This document shows, piece after piece, positions 49,844 to 63,407 of a stretch of 64,000 bases of DNA; the first letter of the stretch is position 1, and every line of letters starts with the position of its first letter. Source of the DNA: Eledone cirrhosa (lineage: Eukaryota); assembly GCA_964016885.1 (NCBI GenBank), contig OZ024743.1, forward strand, positions 312,294,001 through 312,358,000, given 5' to 3'. The notes below the pieces were generated by a model. That model ran no database searches and was not told where the DNA came from. It saw only the letters and a program-made list of their open reading frames with translations. Made by a program: the position numbers and the translations under genes.

Positions 49844-51063
49844 TCTATACATATATATAAAACTGTAGTTGTCTGTGTGTGTGTGTGTGTGTGTCCTCAT
49901 TTTTGCAAAGTCTATACAAATCCACATTTCTACTCCGATTGACTTCAAAGTTGCATTTATATATTCCTTGCTGTCTAAAGATATTAACTGCAGCTTTTAT
50001 TTTTCAATTTTCTGTTGTTAAAGAGGTGTTAGGCACCGGTTATGGATCTCCGTCGCGCCCTTATAATATCTGTCTGTATGCCTGGCTGTCTGCATTTCGA
50101 CATTATGACAAACATTGATGACGTATTATGTTGACTATTTTCCGTTCATTGCCAGGGAACGTCTTCCCAAACCAAAGTATCGTCTTCCTGTTTTCCCTCG
50201 ATTGCAACATTTTTCGAAATATTTACTTCTGCGTTCACAGATTGATTTTTTTAGTTTCAGAAGATCCGTTAAGGGTGAAAGCATCGATTATTTGCTTAAA
50301 CTTTAATCTGTTATTTTAATATATAATATAAGTGAGGCAAGCCAGCCCAGTTGCCACTTCTTGCCAATAAACATTAACCCTTTGTGCGCTATTCATCTAA
50401 CTGTAGACCAACAAATTCCAACTAAACGGAGCGTTGACAAGAACGATGGTGAATGAATCTTCGAGATAAGTAGTTTCCTCCCAAGCTGTTATTCTCTGCT
50501 ACACCTTTTCGTAATAATACCGAACAATGTACTGCTGGTTACTCCCTCCTCCAATAACCGTACAAAGCGGACATGTGTATCGGGCAGATGGATCGGGTGC
50601 AAATCTACTCCAAGCCTACGCAAGAAATTCAAAAGGGACTGCACCGAGAGGGATAGAGAGAAAGAGTAACTTAGTGGAAAGAGTGTGAATGAACTTTAAG
50701 GTAAGTAGCCTACGCCTTACTGCTGTTGCACTGGAACCTTCTGCCAACTTAACCTGTGATTTTCTCTTTCACATTTACTCCATCATCATCATTATCATCA
50801 TCGTTTAACGTCCATCTTCCACACTTGCATGGGTATAGACCAAAACAGAGGAGTATGAAAAGAAGGGGCTCAACAATATTTCTATGAACAATGCACGTAG
50901 ACAGCTAAACTATACTTTCAACTTCTTAATTTTCTCCAAATAAAACAAGTTTCCTGTCGGTATATTTTCGTGAGTTTTTAACAGACACTCACAAATAAAC
51001 GTTTCTCATTGGAGGTGCTATTACCAATGTTCTTACCTGTGCAACGCCAGGATACACTGCTAG
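49844..51063 (+). mobile_element. Helitron-like non-autonomous element carrying nested inserts
   Basis: A|TCTATACATATATATAAAACTGTAGTTGTCTG(TG)n 5' end and GTGCAACGCCAGGATACACTGCTAG|T 3' end. Linkage of the two ends is inferred. Confidence 0.45.
50117..50321 (+). mobile_element. Solo diverged copy of the PLE pLTR from 16810-17014
   Basis: Collinear with 16810-17012, including TTAGTTTCAGAAGATCCGTTAAGGGTGAAAGCA...TGCTTAAACTTTAATCTGTTATTTTAAT; ends in TA. Confidence 0.85.
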
Positions 51064-51077
51064 TCTTTTCTAATAAT

Positions 51078-51260
51078 TGTTTCTACGGTTGGCACAAGAC
51101 CAGAAATTACCCAGAACATTACTGGTACTTTATTTTATCGACCTCGTAAGGATGAAAGGCAAAGTTAACCTCGGCGAGATTTGAACTCAGAATGGCAAGG
51201 GCCGTAACTCTATACGTCAAAGCATAGCGTCCGACCCTCTACCGATACTGCCAATCCACC
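51078..51260 (-). mobile_element. Full-length Meta-domain SINE with clear target-site duplication
   Basis: GCTAGTCTTTTCTAATAAT at 51059-51077 and again at 51261-51279. Confidence 0.92.
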
Positions 51261-51403
51261 GCTAGTCTTTTCTAATAATGATGATGATGAAAAGAGCAAT
51301 TCAAAGTAACACTCTATATAAAATGGTTGTAAACTTCCCTGATACCCCATCAATAAAACTCACAATAAACCATGTTATTCCAAGGAAGTAATCATTCACT
51401 TAC

Positions 51404-51552
51404 TTGTTTCAAATTCTTTAGTTCTTCGCGCATCAGTTCATCAACTTGGACCCTAATCTCAGCCTCCACTTCTCTTCGTTTCTCCTCTTTGATCAGTTCA
51501 ACATCATGTTTCTGCATAAAGTTGTGTTTTTCTTGTCGGGTAGCCCAAATTT
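51404..51552 (-). CDS. IQCA1: IQCA1/DRC11-like exon 6 of 7
   Basis: cag|[51 protein letters not shown]|gtaag; 149 nt. Strong match to the remembered [31 protein letters not shown]. Confidence 0.92.
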
Positions 51553-54230
51553 CTGCAAGATAATATAAGCAATAACAAGAATTTCAAAATAGGTTTTTGC
51601 TACCAAGTAATGAACCACAACAAAATGGAGTGAAAAAAGTAAACAAATACCTTTGGTGGTGGTAGTAATTGGTGTTGTTATGGTGGTGATAATTAGTAAA
51701 ACATCAATTCAATCAAATATTTAGGGAAGTAATAGTGATGGGACTTCCCTATTGCTTTCTCTTTGACTACAGGAGCACTGCAATTCAGTATTATATGCAG
51801 GAAAAAGACTTGTTGATTTTAGAGCTAATGTTCACATTACAACCTTCATATACCACTTGTGATGCCTACTTAAAGGTCACTCAACAAGCTAGAAATAGCA
51901 GCTAAATCTTCCTCAAATCACACCCTGTACTTTGTTGTCATGAAAAAAGGGGAGAACACAATGGATATTGTTGTTCCAGATACACTGTGTCTGAAAAACA
52001 AGAAAAAAAGTTGGAGTAGTTCTATCTGGAATGTCTTTTGATCATAGGTATACTTGATCAGAAGGGTGCAAATTGTTGTTAGAACATCGGATAGAATGCT
52101 TTGCAGGATTTATTTTGACTCTCTGCTCTCTAAGTTCAAATCCCACTTTAAAATCAAACTTTACCTTTGATCCTGTCAAGGTCAATAAAAAATGCACCAA
52201 TCCAGTACTGGGGTCGATTCTTCCTCTCTATCTCTTTCTCACTCCCTCAATATCTCTTTCTCACATCCTCTCTATCTCTTTCTCTCTATATATATATCCC
52301 CCTCTATCCTTCCCTGGAAGAAATTTGCTGTGTTCAGACCTGGAGAGGGGATGGCCATGACTGGAACGCTTTTCATCAAATGTCTACAAGATCAGAGCTA
52401 ACTAGGACTAAACAAGAAATACTTCTACCACACTAGTTCATTTCCAGTATGTCCTTTGCTATTACTATTAATACCAAGGGCGGTGGATTGGCAGTAGCGG
52501 TAGAGTGTCAGGCAACATATTTAGGACTCTCAAGTCCTAAATAATGGGGGGATGAATAAACAGGCGGGGTTAGGAAATCAGTAATTGTATAGTGTACATT
52601 CGTAAATATGGGATTTCTTGATGTTCTATTTTTGTCATATGTAATGTTTTTTTAATGTAAAATAAAATTATTATTAGATTCTCCAGCTGCTGTATCAATA
52701 TGAATCACTTAAAATAAAATTTCACCAGTGATAGATTAGCAAAATTTAATAAGCGGGGAAGTTTGGAAAAAATCTGAAAAATAAATAAGCAGTATGATCC
52801 ACCCAAAGTACAGAAATACAAATTCTTCCCTGAAAAGAATGCAAGCAACATTTCTTTTAGATCTTGTATATATTGCTAGCAGTTAAATGAACTGAAGACT
52901 ACAGGACAAAGTGTACTTCTCAAGTACACAAATAAACATCTACACTGGATTTATATGCAAGAACTATCAGTTAAGACTTCAATGTCATATATACTTATTT
53001 TTTATTCTTTTATTTTTAAACTGGTTTCAATCATTAGACTGCAGCCATGCTGGGGCACTGTCATGAAGGGATTTAATTAATCATATCAACCCCAGTACTT
53101 TTTTTTTAGTTTGATGGTATGCATATTATCCTGTCTCTACATTGTGTGGCACATGTTCAAAATATAAGTTTTCAGCCAGCATTGAACTCTTTTGAAACCA
53201 AACTGCCTAAAACCAATCCTGGTCCAGTGAAACGAATATATTTATTTTAATGTGTCCATATTTATCTAAAAATCTTTTATCATAATTTTATGTAAGAACC
53301 TTTAAACTGTGCTTCAAACACCAACTTGATAATGAAAAAGTTATATTAGTAAATACCTTCAAATTCTTGATTATTTTCAAAATTATTTGAAAACTAGCTA
53401 GCCCCATGCCATCAAAAAATGTAGCTAATTGTAGTATTTTATATATAAAAAGGGTACAAAACTAAGTTTTTAGTTTAATAATTCTTTTATTATAAAAGTT
53501 TTTATGAAAAAACTATCTGCAACTAACATAGATAACCAAGATAATATCTTGGTGCACATCATCATCATCATCATCATCATCATTTTATGTCCACTTTTCC
53601 CTGCTTGCAAGGGTGGGACGGGAACTGATTCTGGCTTGATTTCTACAGCTGGATGCCCTTCCTAACACCAACCTCATTTACAGTGAGTGCTGGGTGCTTT
53701 TTTGCCGTGGCACCTCCACGACCACTTTGCAGTGGAATGATATGGACCCCAGTCCCTATCATCTCATTTCTACAGCTGAGTAAACTGGAGGAATGTGAAA
53801 TAAAGTGTCTTGCTCAAGGAAACAACACAGCAAGACACTATACATTTATATACATGAGTACATAAATATAGATATGCATACACTCACACAAGTATTAATA
53901 TATTCACACAAACACTCATATACTCACACATATATACACTCACACAATAATTGTTTCTACTTTAGGCACAAGGCCAGCAATTACCCATTTGCTACACATA
54001 TACTCACACAAGTGTAACACATCTTAGAATGCTGATCCCTGTTTTCTATAGTTTGTCACCACCCCTTCCTTCCTCAGTCATCTCCCTTCCAGGGAGTAAC
54101 GGACAAATATATAAATAAATAGATATTCACACATTCACTATTATTATAGTTGGTGATAAGCAGTCTGTTTCATGGTATTAAAAAGGTTAAATAACTTGAG
54201 CAATGACTGGTCTAACAGTTTGATACTTAC

Positions 54231-54306
54231 GTTTATATTTGTTAGTCCCTTCTTGCAGAATAGAAACAAAATTGGAAGGGGTCATTTTCCAGCCCTCGTA
54301 TTCCGT
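54231..54306 (-). CDS. IQCA1: IQCA1/DRC11-like exon 5 of 7
   Basis: cag|TEYEGWKMTPSNFVSILQEGTNKYK-C|gtaag; 76 nt, phase 1 out matches the next exon. Confidence 0.88.
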
Positions 54307-55072
54307 CTGTTAGAATAGAAGTAAGCAATACATTTAGTAACTGGAATCTTCAGTTCAAGACATTTCTGTTGAAAGTGTTTGATGATATCAGAACCAAACA
54401 CAAAATTTGTTTATATCAAATCTGTTCTGGTTATTTATTTATTTACTTTCTTGGCATAATAATGGTTTCTACTTTAGGCACAAGGCCAACAATTTGAAGG
54501 GAAGGGTAAAGTTGATTAAATCGAGCATTACTGGTGTTTTATTTATTGACCCCATAAGGATGAAAGGCAAAGATAACCTCGGCGGGATTTGAATTCAAAA
54601 CGTAAAGGGCCGTAACTCCGTGTTGTCCGACGCTCTACCGATTCTGCCACTTTTTTTTGTTTTTGCATAATAATGGTTTCTGATTTAGGCACAAGGCCAG
54701 CAATTTGTGGTTGAGGTATAGTATGGTCCCATAACTCCTGATGGAGTCGTAGGGGCACGGTAATGACATTGAGCATCTCTTGGGCATTTCAAGCCAGATA
54801 TGAGCACAGCAGATTTCCTCAAGAGAAGGATAGAGAGAATGAGAGAATGCAAGTGAGAAGAAAAATCAACCCCAGAGTGTTACTGGTTCTTTATTTCATC
54901 AACCCTGTATGGATGAAAGGCAAAGTTAATCGCAGCAGAATTTGAACTCAAAACATGTTGCCCGATGCTCCACCAATGCTGCCAATAATGATGATGCTTC
55001 TACCATAAACAATGATTCTATCCTAGTTATGACTCAAAAGAATGCCTCTATCAATAATGTCTCCTTACTTAC

Positions 55073-55156
55073 ATCTTTCTTTTTCCCAGATTTCTTTTGC
55101 TCTTTTACTTTAGTTTCCTCTTTCTTTTTTGATTTCTTTTCAGTGTCTTCTTCATC
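55073..55156 (-). CDS. IQCA1: IQCA1/DRC11-like exon 4 of 7 (Lys/Glu-rich)
   Basis: cag|DEEDTEKKSKKKEETKVKEQKKSGKKKD|gtaagt; 84 nt, phase 0/0. Confidence 0.82.
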
Positions 55157-56089
55157 CTGAAACCAAAGTTTTGGAGTGGGTATATATTTTTCCTTTTTTT
55201 CTTTGACCATAAAAAATAAACATTGCATTGAAAACATACCAAGTCATCTATTTCACACTCACAAATTACACTTGTCTAACATAACATTAGATACACATTG
55301 GACTCACAGATTAAGTATGTCTAATATAGCACCAGAGGTACACCAGCCAGTGTGTCATATTCCCAGATTATGCAGATATCACAAAACATTCAGGACATAC
55401 ATTTAGCATGAAACATATCATTGCCTCTCTGGCAGCAACTGATTACAAAATGACAGCTAATTACTGGCAACAATAACAATTTTAAAGTAATAAGATTCAT
55501 CTTAACCTAAGAAAGTCTATTCATTTCTGACTGTTTGTGAGATCTGTATTTACTACTCACTGTTTAAGGGTTAGTCTACCTCGCGGTCCCAATAGACTGA
55601 ATGGAGAAGACATTGCCCCAGAGTATGGTGAGGAAGATGTGCTAGAACAGCCACTCCATCTTGCAGACTCACACTTGCAGATAGCCAACTCTGCCTTGAT
55701 AGGAGGGAATAAAGAAGTAATCCAAAGGCCAAGAATACCAGAATGGCAGTGGCAATGGTGATGACAGCAGCAGTGGCAGTAACGGTGGTGGTGGTGCTCC
55801 TGCTACTGATGACAATGATGATGATGATGCAAACATACTTAGTCTTGCTAAGGTTATTGTTTAGGATTAAAGCCAACATTCTTTATTAACCACAATTTCC
55901 TGTCCCTCATCCTCAGAAACATCAGTTCTCTAGAATTCCATCCCTGCTCATACATTTTCTGCAGCCATCAATTTTCATCTGTTCTCAAGAAACATTATCA
56001 ACTGACTTTAAGGACCATGAACACAGCCCCTGCTTTCAGATCAGTCCAATAAAAAGGACAAAAATACAGACAGTCACCTATGACCTTAC

Positions 56090-56198
56090 CTTTGCCTTAA
56101 GCTCTAATTCCAATTCTGCAGGGTCTTTATCTAAAAAGAGTATTGCAGAACCACCGTCTTCTGCAGGGGGATATTCAGGGAATTTACCACAGGCATCT
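56090..56198 (-). CDS. IQCA1: IQCA1/DRC11-like exon 3 of 7
   Basis: cag|A-DACGKFPEYPPAEDGGSAILFLDKDPAELELELKAK|gtaag; 109 nt; G.FPEYP..E.GGSA motif. Confidence 0.92.
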
Positions 56199-56639
56199 CT
56201 GAAATAATAATACACCATCTCTTTACAAATTATTAAACGTTCTTAGCCACAGACATTTCAGAAACACTCTTCATTTGGAAATTATGGCCCATCTTCCATT
56301 AGTCACAGTCTCTTTAGCAGTGTGTTTGTATTATATTTTAATTATACTTTTGTAATTTATTATAAATGTTTTTTGTTGTTGTTTTATATATTATTGTTGT
56401 TTTATATATTATATTATGATCTGGCTTTTATACTAGGGTTTTTCTTCTAAATGCAAATCAGATATTTAACCAGTTGCTTATCAGCAAGGTAGACTGAAGC
56501 AAATAACATTGTGTGTAGTGAACATAGAAAACAACACAATGACAACACAGTGGCAAAAATTCCGTTTTCAATTATGTGATCAAAAGTCCAGCCCCTAAAC
56601 ATCAAAATTATTGTAAAAATATAAAGAAACTGGTCATGG

Positions 56640-57215
56640 CCATGACCATGGGCCCATAACTCATAATGGAATTATAGGAGCAGAGAAGTGATATACTGTG
56701 TATCTTGGGCATTTAAACTGGGCAAAGCTCATTCCTCTTCAGGTCTGATTTCTTCCACAGAGAGAGAGCAAGAAAGAGGAAATACAAAAGAGATATTGAG
56801 AAAGAATCAACCTTAGTATTGAACTGGTACTTGCTTTATTGACCTTGAATGGATGAACAGCAAAGTTGACCTCAGTGAAATTTGAACTCAGGGTGTAGAG
56901 AGCCTGAATAAATACTGCAAATCATTCTATCTGACGCTTTAATGACTCTGTCAATTTGCCATCACCATAAAGCAACTAACCAGCTTAAACTACCACACCC
57001 TACTATTTTAATATGTGCATCAATTTTATTGTATGGTATGGTCCCGTAACTCTTGTTAGAGTCGTAAGTGCGCCATAGTGGCATACAGCAATGTAAGCCT
57101 GGTTGGAGCCTATCCCTCTCCAGGTCTGAACACAGCAGATTTCTTCCAAAAAACAATAGAAAGTGAGAGAGAGGAAGTGAGAAAGAGATATAGAGGAAAA
57201 ATCGACCCCAGTACT
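56640..57215 (-). mobile_element. Long-tail variant of the Meta-domain SINE (further copies ~27060-27365 +, ~29360-29590 -, ~52070-52350 +, ~54720-54985 -, ~61060-61370 -)
   Basis: Same head and Meta-like domain, but continues TTCCTCTATATCTCTTTCTCAC...GGAAGAAATCTGCTGTGTTCAGACCTGGAGAGG...GAGTTACGGGACCATAC instead of the short (ATT)n tail. Confidence 0.7.
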
Positions 57216-57291
57216 AAATTGACCTTGAAAGTATGAACACTCATAGAATGAAACAATGATACTAGTAAAGAACACTTATTCAGAACTGTAC

Positions 57292-57500
57292 CTGCATTCA
57301 ATAAACCATTGCCGTATCTGATCCTGCATTCGTTCTTTCATGTCAGAACCTTCAACATCTTGAATTCTTTCTTTGACAGTTATCAACACTTGCTGATATT
57401 CCTGCTCATGTATTTCCTGTACAGCTCGGCGTTTCTCCATGGTACTCAATGCAGCTGCTTGTGATAAATCATTCTGGATTTCAGATGACTGTGAAGGAAT
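57292..57500 (-). CDS. IQCA1: IQCA1/DRC11-like exon 2 of 7
   Basis: aag|IPSQSSEIQ...EQEYQQVLITVKERIQDVEGSDMKERMQDQIRQWFIEC-AG|gtac; 209 nt. QDQIR.WFIECR is characteristic of IQCA1. Confidence 0.93.
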
Positions 57501-58796
57501 CTTAAAATGGCACAAAAATATATCAATTTCTGATACAATAAATTAATGATATATGAAATTTCAAATATTGTATAAAAGAAATAATGCCTAGTATAGGCAC
57601 AAGGCCAGTAATTTGGGGGGAGGGGAAAGTCAATTAAATCGACCCCAGTACGTTACTAGTGCTTTATTTTATCAACCCCATAATGATGAAAGGCAAAGTT
57701 AACCTTGGCGGGATTTGAACTCAGACTGTAAAAGAAATAATATAATTAGGTCTAATTGACTGTGACATGTCTAAACACTGACATCCATGTTTCATGGGGA
57801 CAATACTATATCAAGTTGCCATAGCATTAAGCAGATAAGAAACAAATCTCTCTGTGAACAGACACGCATCCTATTCACAGGGAGGATAAACCTCAGTACT
57901 ACATGATCATTAATCACACATCAATTCCAGTGAACCTACTGCTTGTATTAACCTATAGTCCCAAACTGCTAGAAACAGAAGCCAAATTGTCCTCAAATCA
58001 CACTCTACTGTCTTAAAAAAGCAAAGACACATGAACTCTAGTTCTAGATACAAAAAATATGGGATGCTCACAACTGAAATACATTTGACCACAGTTCTGC
58101 TTGATCAGAACTGGCTTAGATCTAGACAACAATAACTTAATTAGAACTAAGTAAACATTTTTGTGGCTTAGTAAAAATAGAAAGGGAAACACATGACCTT
58201 TTGAAGGACCTCAGTGACTGGTTAGTGCTGTTGGGTGAGAGTAGAAAGCAAGACATCAATATAGAGTTATCATTAAATCAGAAACTTTGTCCAAATGTTT
58301 GCAACAAAGTAGACTCGGCTAAAGGCATACCAGAGCCAAATACTGGTCTTAAACTTGACATTGAATTACATCTCCTATTTATTTGAGCCTTTTGAAAATT
58401 GTCTTTACTACAGAGACAAGGCAAGATTGGTTGAAGGATGAATGCTATGAAATCATGGTTGTTGCTTCAAATCTAGGTATCTTATGGCTAAAGGCTGGCA
58501 GCCACCATTTGCATTAAACATGGATAAGCTTATATTTTTACTTTGAATAGTAAAGTAGAATGATTGAGTTGAATATAATGATTTGATTTTCAGCAACTGT
58601 TTCTTGCCCCAACAATTGAAATATAATAATAACAGCAACAAAAATAATAGAAAGTTTTCTTTAACCACATCAATTTTATGGCACCTCATTTGATACAACC
58701 ACAAAGTAAAACTACATTTCTAAATTCCCTTGCTGACTGAAAAACAAAGACTCACTCTACTTACTAATTTCGTCACACCTTCATTCTTCAGACATA

Positions 58797-59372
58797 TTGC
58801 ATCAACTACAATTGACATGTATTTTGGGAGGAAAAACCCAGCATTCACATACTCCTTCCACAACACTAATCTTAAGAAGTCTTCTTGTGAACGTGACCTG
58901 GGCATTACTGTCAGCAGCGATTTGTATTGGAAAAAGCACACCTCTAAAATTGTCAAGAAGGCTGAGGGTGTCTTAGCATCATTCAGCAAGACCTTTGTCA
59001 GCCGCTCTCCAGCTATCTATTCAAAGCTGTATATAGCTATGATACGGTCACACTTAGAATTTGCACCATCAGTCTGGAACCCCTATCTTGCTCAAAACAT
59101 TGACCTCCTCGAAACTGTTCAGAGACGTGCAACCAAGCGAATACTCTCCATAAGGCATCTATCATACTTTGAACGCCTTGCTTCTTGAAATTCACTAATA
59201 CTACATCTGATATTCCACCTCCATACACATGCACGCATGTGTGTGCCTGTGTGTATATCATGGCTCATATACTGTTCACTTTCCTGACATTTGTACATAA
59301 TTCTATGTACTATACATGCACCTTTGATGAGTTGTAATGCACCTGAGCACTGTACACAATAATTTCATTATT
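58797..59372 (+). mobile_element. 3' fragment of the CR1 family seen at 38900-42420
   Basis: KKSSCERDLGITVSSDL...LETVQRRATKRI and the same CACCTGAGCACTGTACACAATAATTTCATTATT tail; internal deletion after ~59186. Confidence 0.88.
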
Positions 59373-60438
59373 ATATAAATAATATTTGCATTAAATAGCA
59401 GAATGCATTTTCTTTTTTTTCTGCAAATTGCAATTAGTCACAAAAACAGCAAGCAGTTGAAGACATTGAATCTAAAGTCACATCACCATTCTATGCAGAC
59501 TTGCCAGACACTGAAAGAAATACTGAATTGATTCTCAGCAAATAGTTCTCATAACAACAATAGAAACTACTGACATTTCAGCTGGTTGTCCATCCATTCT
59601 TTCTATTGTTTTGGCAAATTTGCTTAAAACTTTGCAATAAACTAACAGTCTAAAATTTCTCAACATCCAATCAATTTCTCCTAATACCCTACATCAAACA
59701 ATACATGAAGCTTTTCCTTTCTGAAATTACATCGATTTCAAATTTGTCATTTGTCCATTTTTCTGTTTCAACATTTACTAATCTCAGTGTTGAAGAGATA
59801 TCTAGTTATTCCAAACCCCTTCTACTTTTAGCATATATTTTCTGGTATATCTGAGCCTATACGCTGTTGTTTAACCTGCTAAAAATAGGAGATAAATCTC
59901 CCACAAATTACCTGAGCCTCTACCCTGTTGCACAACCTGCTAAAAATAGCATCCAAAGTCTCCTGCACCCTATTTCTTTTTTAAATAAGGGCCTATTAGA
60001 CAATGTAAGTAATAGGTATACAAAATGATGCTCACAGCTGGAATTTCTTTAATGAAAGGTTTGCTTCATTAGAACTGAGGTAAGAGTTAAATAACAACAC
60101 AAATTCTTGCAATAAAAACTATATATATATTAAAAAAAATGCATTACATCTAATCTAATTCAAATGCGATGAAGGGAATACTCCTATAAATATTTTCTAG
60201 ACTCAATTAAAAGGTAAGTTACCACTTCCACTACTTCAATGCTTCATATGTAAGTTAACCCTATTAAAAAGCAACAATGAATACACCCCCAATTTCTTGG
60301 ACCCTTAGTTACATACCACTGCTGGATTGATTCTTTTGCCTGACTAGATAATAATTTACTAGAAACATATTACGAAGCCAGAAACACTCTCCCTAAACTT
60401 CAACTATAATAATATATATCATATCATTGTGTCAAGAG

Positions 60439-60830
60439 TCAAACATTCCTGACAAAGTCTCTCCACAATTCATGATTTTCCATTGCTTCCGCTAACACCT
60501 CCTTATTAAGGTTTGTATTGTCTGAGAGTAGATTGATGAAATTTTTAGCAAGTCTTCCTCTACTCCATCTCCCATGAGTTGGTTCCCACAATAGTAGCTT
60601 ATGTTTAACTTCCTGCTTACTTTTCCAGCAATGTCCTGCAAATTGTAACCACCTTTGAGCAATTGTAGTTATCTTGGGCAAATTTCCATATAAGCTTTCA
60701 TTTGTAATATGTTGACACGAGTTTATGTTTTGTACAACGCTAAGCATTTTAGTGTATGCAACATCTAATTTCTTCTCAAGTGCTTGTGTCAGGGTCCATA
60801 TACCTGATACATACAACAACACTGACTCAG
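60439..60830 (-). mobile_element. Old RTE-like 3' ORF fragment (type of element 1-2814)
   Basis: ESVLLYVSGIWTLTQALEKKLDVAYTKML...LYGNLPKI...FAGHCW...LLLWEPTHG..RGR. Confidence 0.75.
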
Positions 60831-61408
60831 CATAATAATATGAGAGCACAAATGCTTAAAATTAAATCTAATGCCACATATTAACCTGAATTAGCTAATC
60901 TAGTCAGTCAAAGATAATTAAAGTAATGATTCACTTATCAGAAATTTGGTGGTGTACTAGTATAATGTCTCAAACTAAGTTAACTCTTTCAAAAACTAAA
61001 TAGAATGTCTCAAAAGTGACACTGAACAATCTTCTCTTCTCTATCCCATAACTCTTGGGTGAATCGTAGGGGCACCATATTGACATATGGCGTTTCTAGG
61101 GCACTTTTTAAACCTAGTGGAGCTCATCTCCTCTCTAGATCTAAATACAGCAGATTTCTTCCAGAGAGGATAGAGAATGAGAGAATAGAAGTGAGAAAGA
61201 GATATAGAGGAAGAATCAACCCCAGTACTAGACTGGTACTTTTTTATCAACCTTGAATGGATGAAAAGTAAAGTGGACCTCAGTGGAATTTGAACTGAGA
61301 GAGAGCAGAGAGCTGAAACGAATACAGCAAAGTATTCTATCCAACATTCCTACAACTCTGTCAATTCGCTGCCTGACACTGAAGAATATAAACAAGAAAT
61401 TCTCTTAC

Positions 61409-61480
61409 CATTCCCAAAAACTCAAATTCAGCATTTCTTTCTACAGATGTTCGCTTTCTCTGCAGGAAACCTTTCCACAT
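61409..61480 (-). CDS. IQCA1: IQCA1/DRC11-like exon 1 of 7 in window (second half of IQ motif)
   Basis: tag|MWKGFLQRKRTSVERNAEFEFLGM|gtaag; 72 nt, phase 0/0. Resembles VWRGFHQRK...EEEMIFLGM. Confidence 0.88.
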
Positions 61481-61659
61481 CTATCAACAGATTTTATTGT
61501 TCATCATTATAAATATATAAATATATAAATTAAGCATATAAATGTATATGTTGTCATCATCATTGTCATAATCATTGTTATTGTCATTGGCGTCATCATC
61601 ATCATCATCACCAACATCATCATCATTTAACATGTTTTTCCACGCCGACATGGGTTGGA

Positions 61660-62700
61660 CAGCTATATTGTGTTGGAGATACATAAGAAATTAACTTATG
61701 CATATCCAGAATAAATGCAGCAATACAGAGGACCAGATCACTCATACTGCACACTTCATAGATGTACTGAAAATGAATGGATACCCAACATCCACAATGA
61801 ATTGTCTTAAGAATCGAAGGTGCCACAGGCATAAGACCTCCTCTAACACCTGCTTCATGAAAGTACCAAACTTCAGCGAAAGCATAACCATAGCTATCCG
61901 CAGAGCCATCCGCAAACAAGGACTGGACATACAATTAACACAATCCGTCCCTTCACTGCATGGATACCTATCTAAAAAGCAATCATGAGACAACAACAAC
62001 CAATGCTCACTGACTAACTACCCTAACCGCAACACAGGTATGTGCCAGCAGACACATGTGGTATGCCGGATTGAATGCAGCAAATGTAAAGAGTTCTACA
62101 TTGGTAACATGACTCGAGCACTCTACACTCGCATTAAAGGACACCTCAACACAGACGCATCCGCATTCAAAGAACACATTGACAAATGTAGAAATACTAA
62201 CAAACATATTACAGTCAATATTGAAGCTAAAGATAGAAATGTGGGCAATTTAAGAATTAAGGAAGCCTTGCTCATACGTAGACTCAACCTGCAAATGAAT
62301 AATAGATTAGAACTCAACACGCAATACTTAAGATAAAAAGACACACCCACACGTACACAAACTAACCAAGATCTCATACGATAAAAAGAAAAATTGATTT
62401 CATGAAATACTCTATAGGCAATTGATGTCATTCTTGTGAATAGCGAAATAACCATTAAAAAATGCTTGAAAACGACTTAAGAGATTTAAATCAAAATTTA
62501 ATCCCAAAGAGAAAAAAAACAACATTATTCCCTGAAAGTTCCTTAAACTCTGAAGAAGGGAATTTTAGGTCCCAAAATATTAGGACGAAAGAAACAACTG
62601 CAAGAACAAAAAACAAAGATTATCAGGTAACTTACTTTTTCATTACCTCATCTTACAGTTCATTTTGTATTGTTTAGCCTTATATCTCTTTCCACATTAT
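61660..62700 (+). mobile_element. Penelope-like element 3' fragment (GIY-YIG) with decayed hammerhead
   Basis: LKMNGYP, CQQTHVVCRIECSKCKEFYIGNMTRALYTRIKGH, IKEALLIRRLNLQMN. CTGAAGA(62550)-AGGGA..TCCC-AAAA downstream; ends at (TA)n. Confidence 0.8.
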
Positions 62701-63341
62701 ATATATATATCTAGGAGTGTAACATGAAGTTACTGTAGGTTCACCCAGGTGAGAACTCAGTGTTTAGGTTCACGTCAGTAGCGAGGTGTAGAGCTAAACA
62801 GAGTGTAATATGATTATACAAGGATGATTTGTTAAGCCTTCATCCAGATCGATACAGATCAAACCTTGAGCTGATCAATAGAGAAATGCACATCACCAAC
62901 CAATAAGCATGAAGGCTTAACAAATCATCCTTGTATTATTATTATTATATATATATATATATAAATACACTGTAAAGTGGTTGTGTAGGTGTCATGACAA
63001 AAAGCACCCAGCACACACTGTACATGTGGATAGTATTAGCAATTGGAAAAACCAATTTGATGAACTCAATCCCACTCGTTAAGTGAATGAAGCCTGAGAT
63101 TTTGTCAATCGACTGTTATATATATATATATGTCTAACCCTTGGTAGCAAGAAAAGCAAGCATTAAAACAACAATGATGATATATGTATGTGAGAACCCT
63201 CATGACAATCTCCACTTGGTAGAACATGAGACCATATATAAGTGAGATGACAGATCCTTGGATTGTCTGGGAGACAATATTCATCAGTACAGGCTTGGTC
63301 TTTACAGAGTGAGCTGGATGTTTTATGGTACCAATGTAACA

Positions 63342-63377
<36 letters not shown>

Positions 63378-63407
63378 GTGTATGTGTGTATATATATATA
63401 TATATAT

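Noticed and set aside
60166-60195. Hammerhead-like CGATGAAGGGAATACTCC
   Set aside because: Core and GAAA box both deviate; too degenerate to support.
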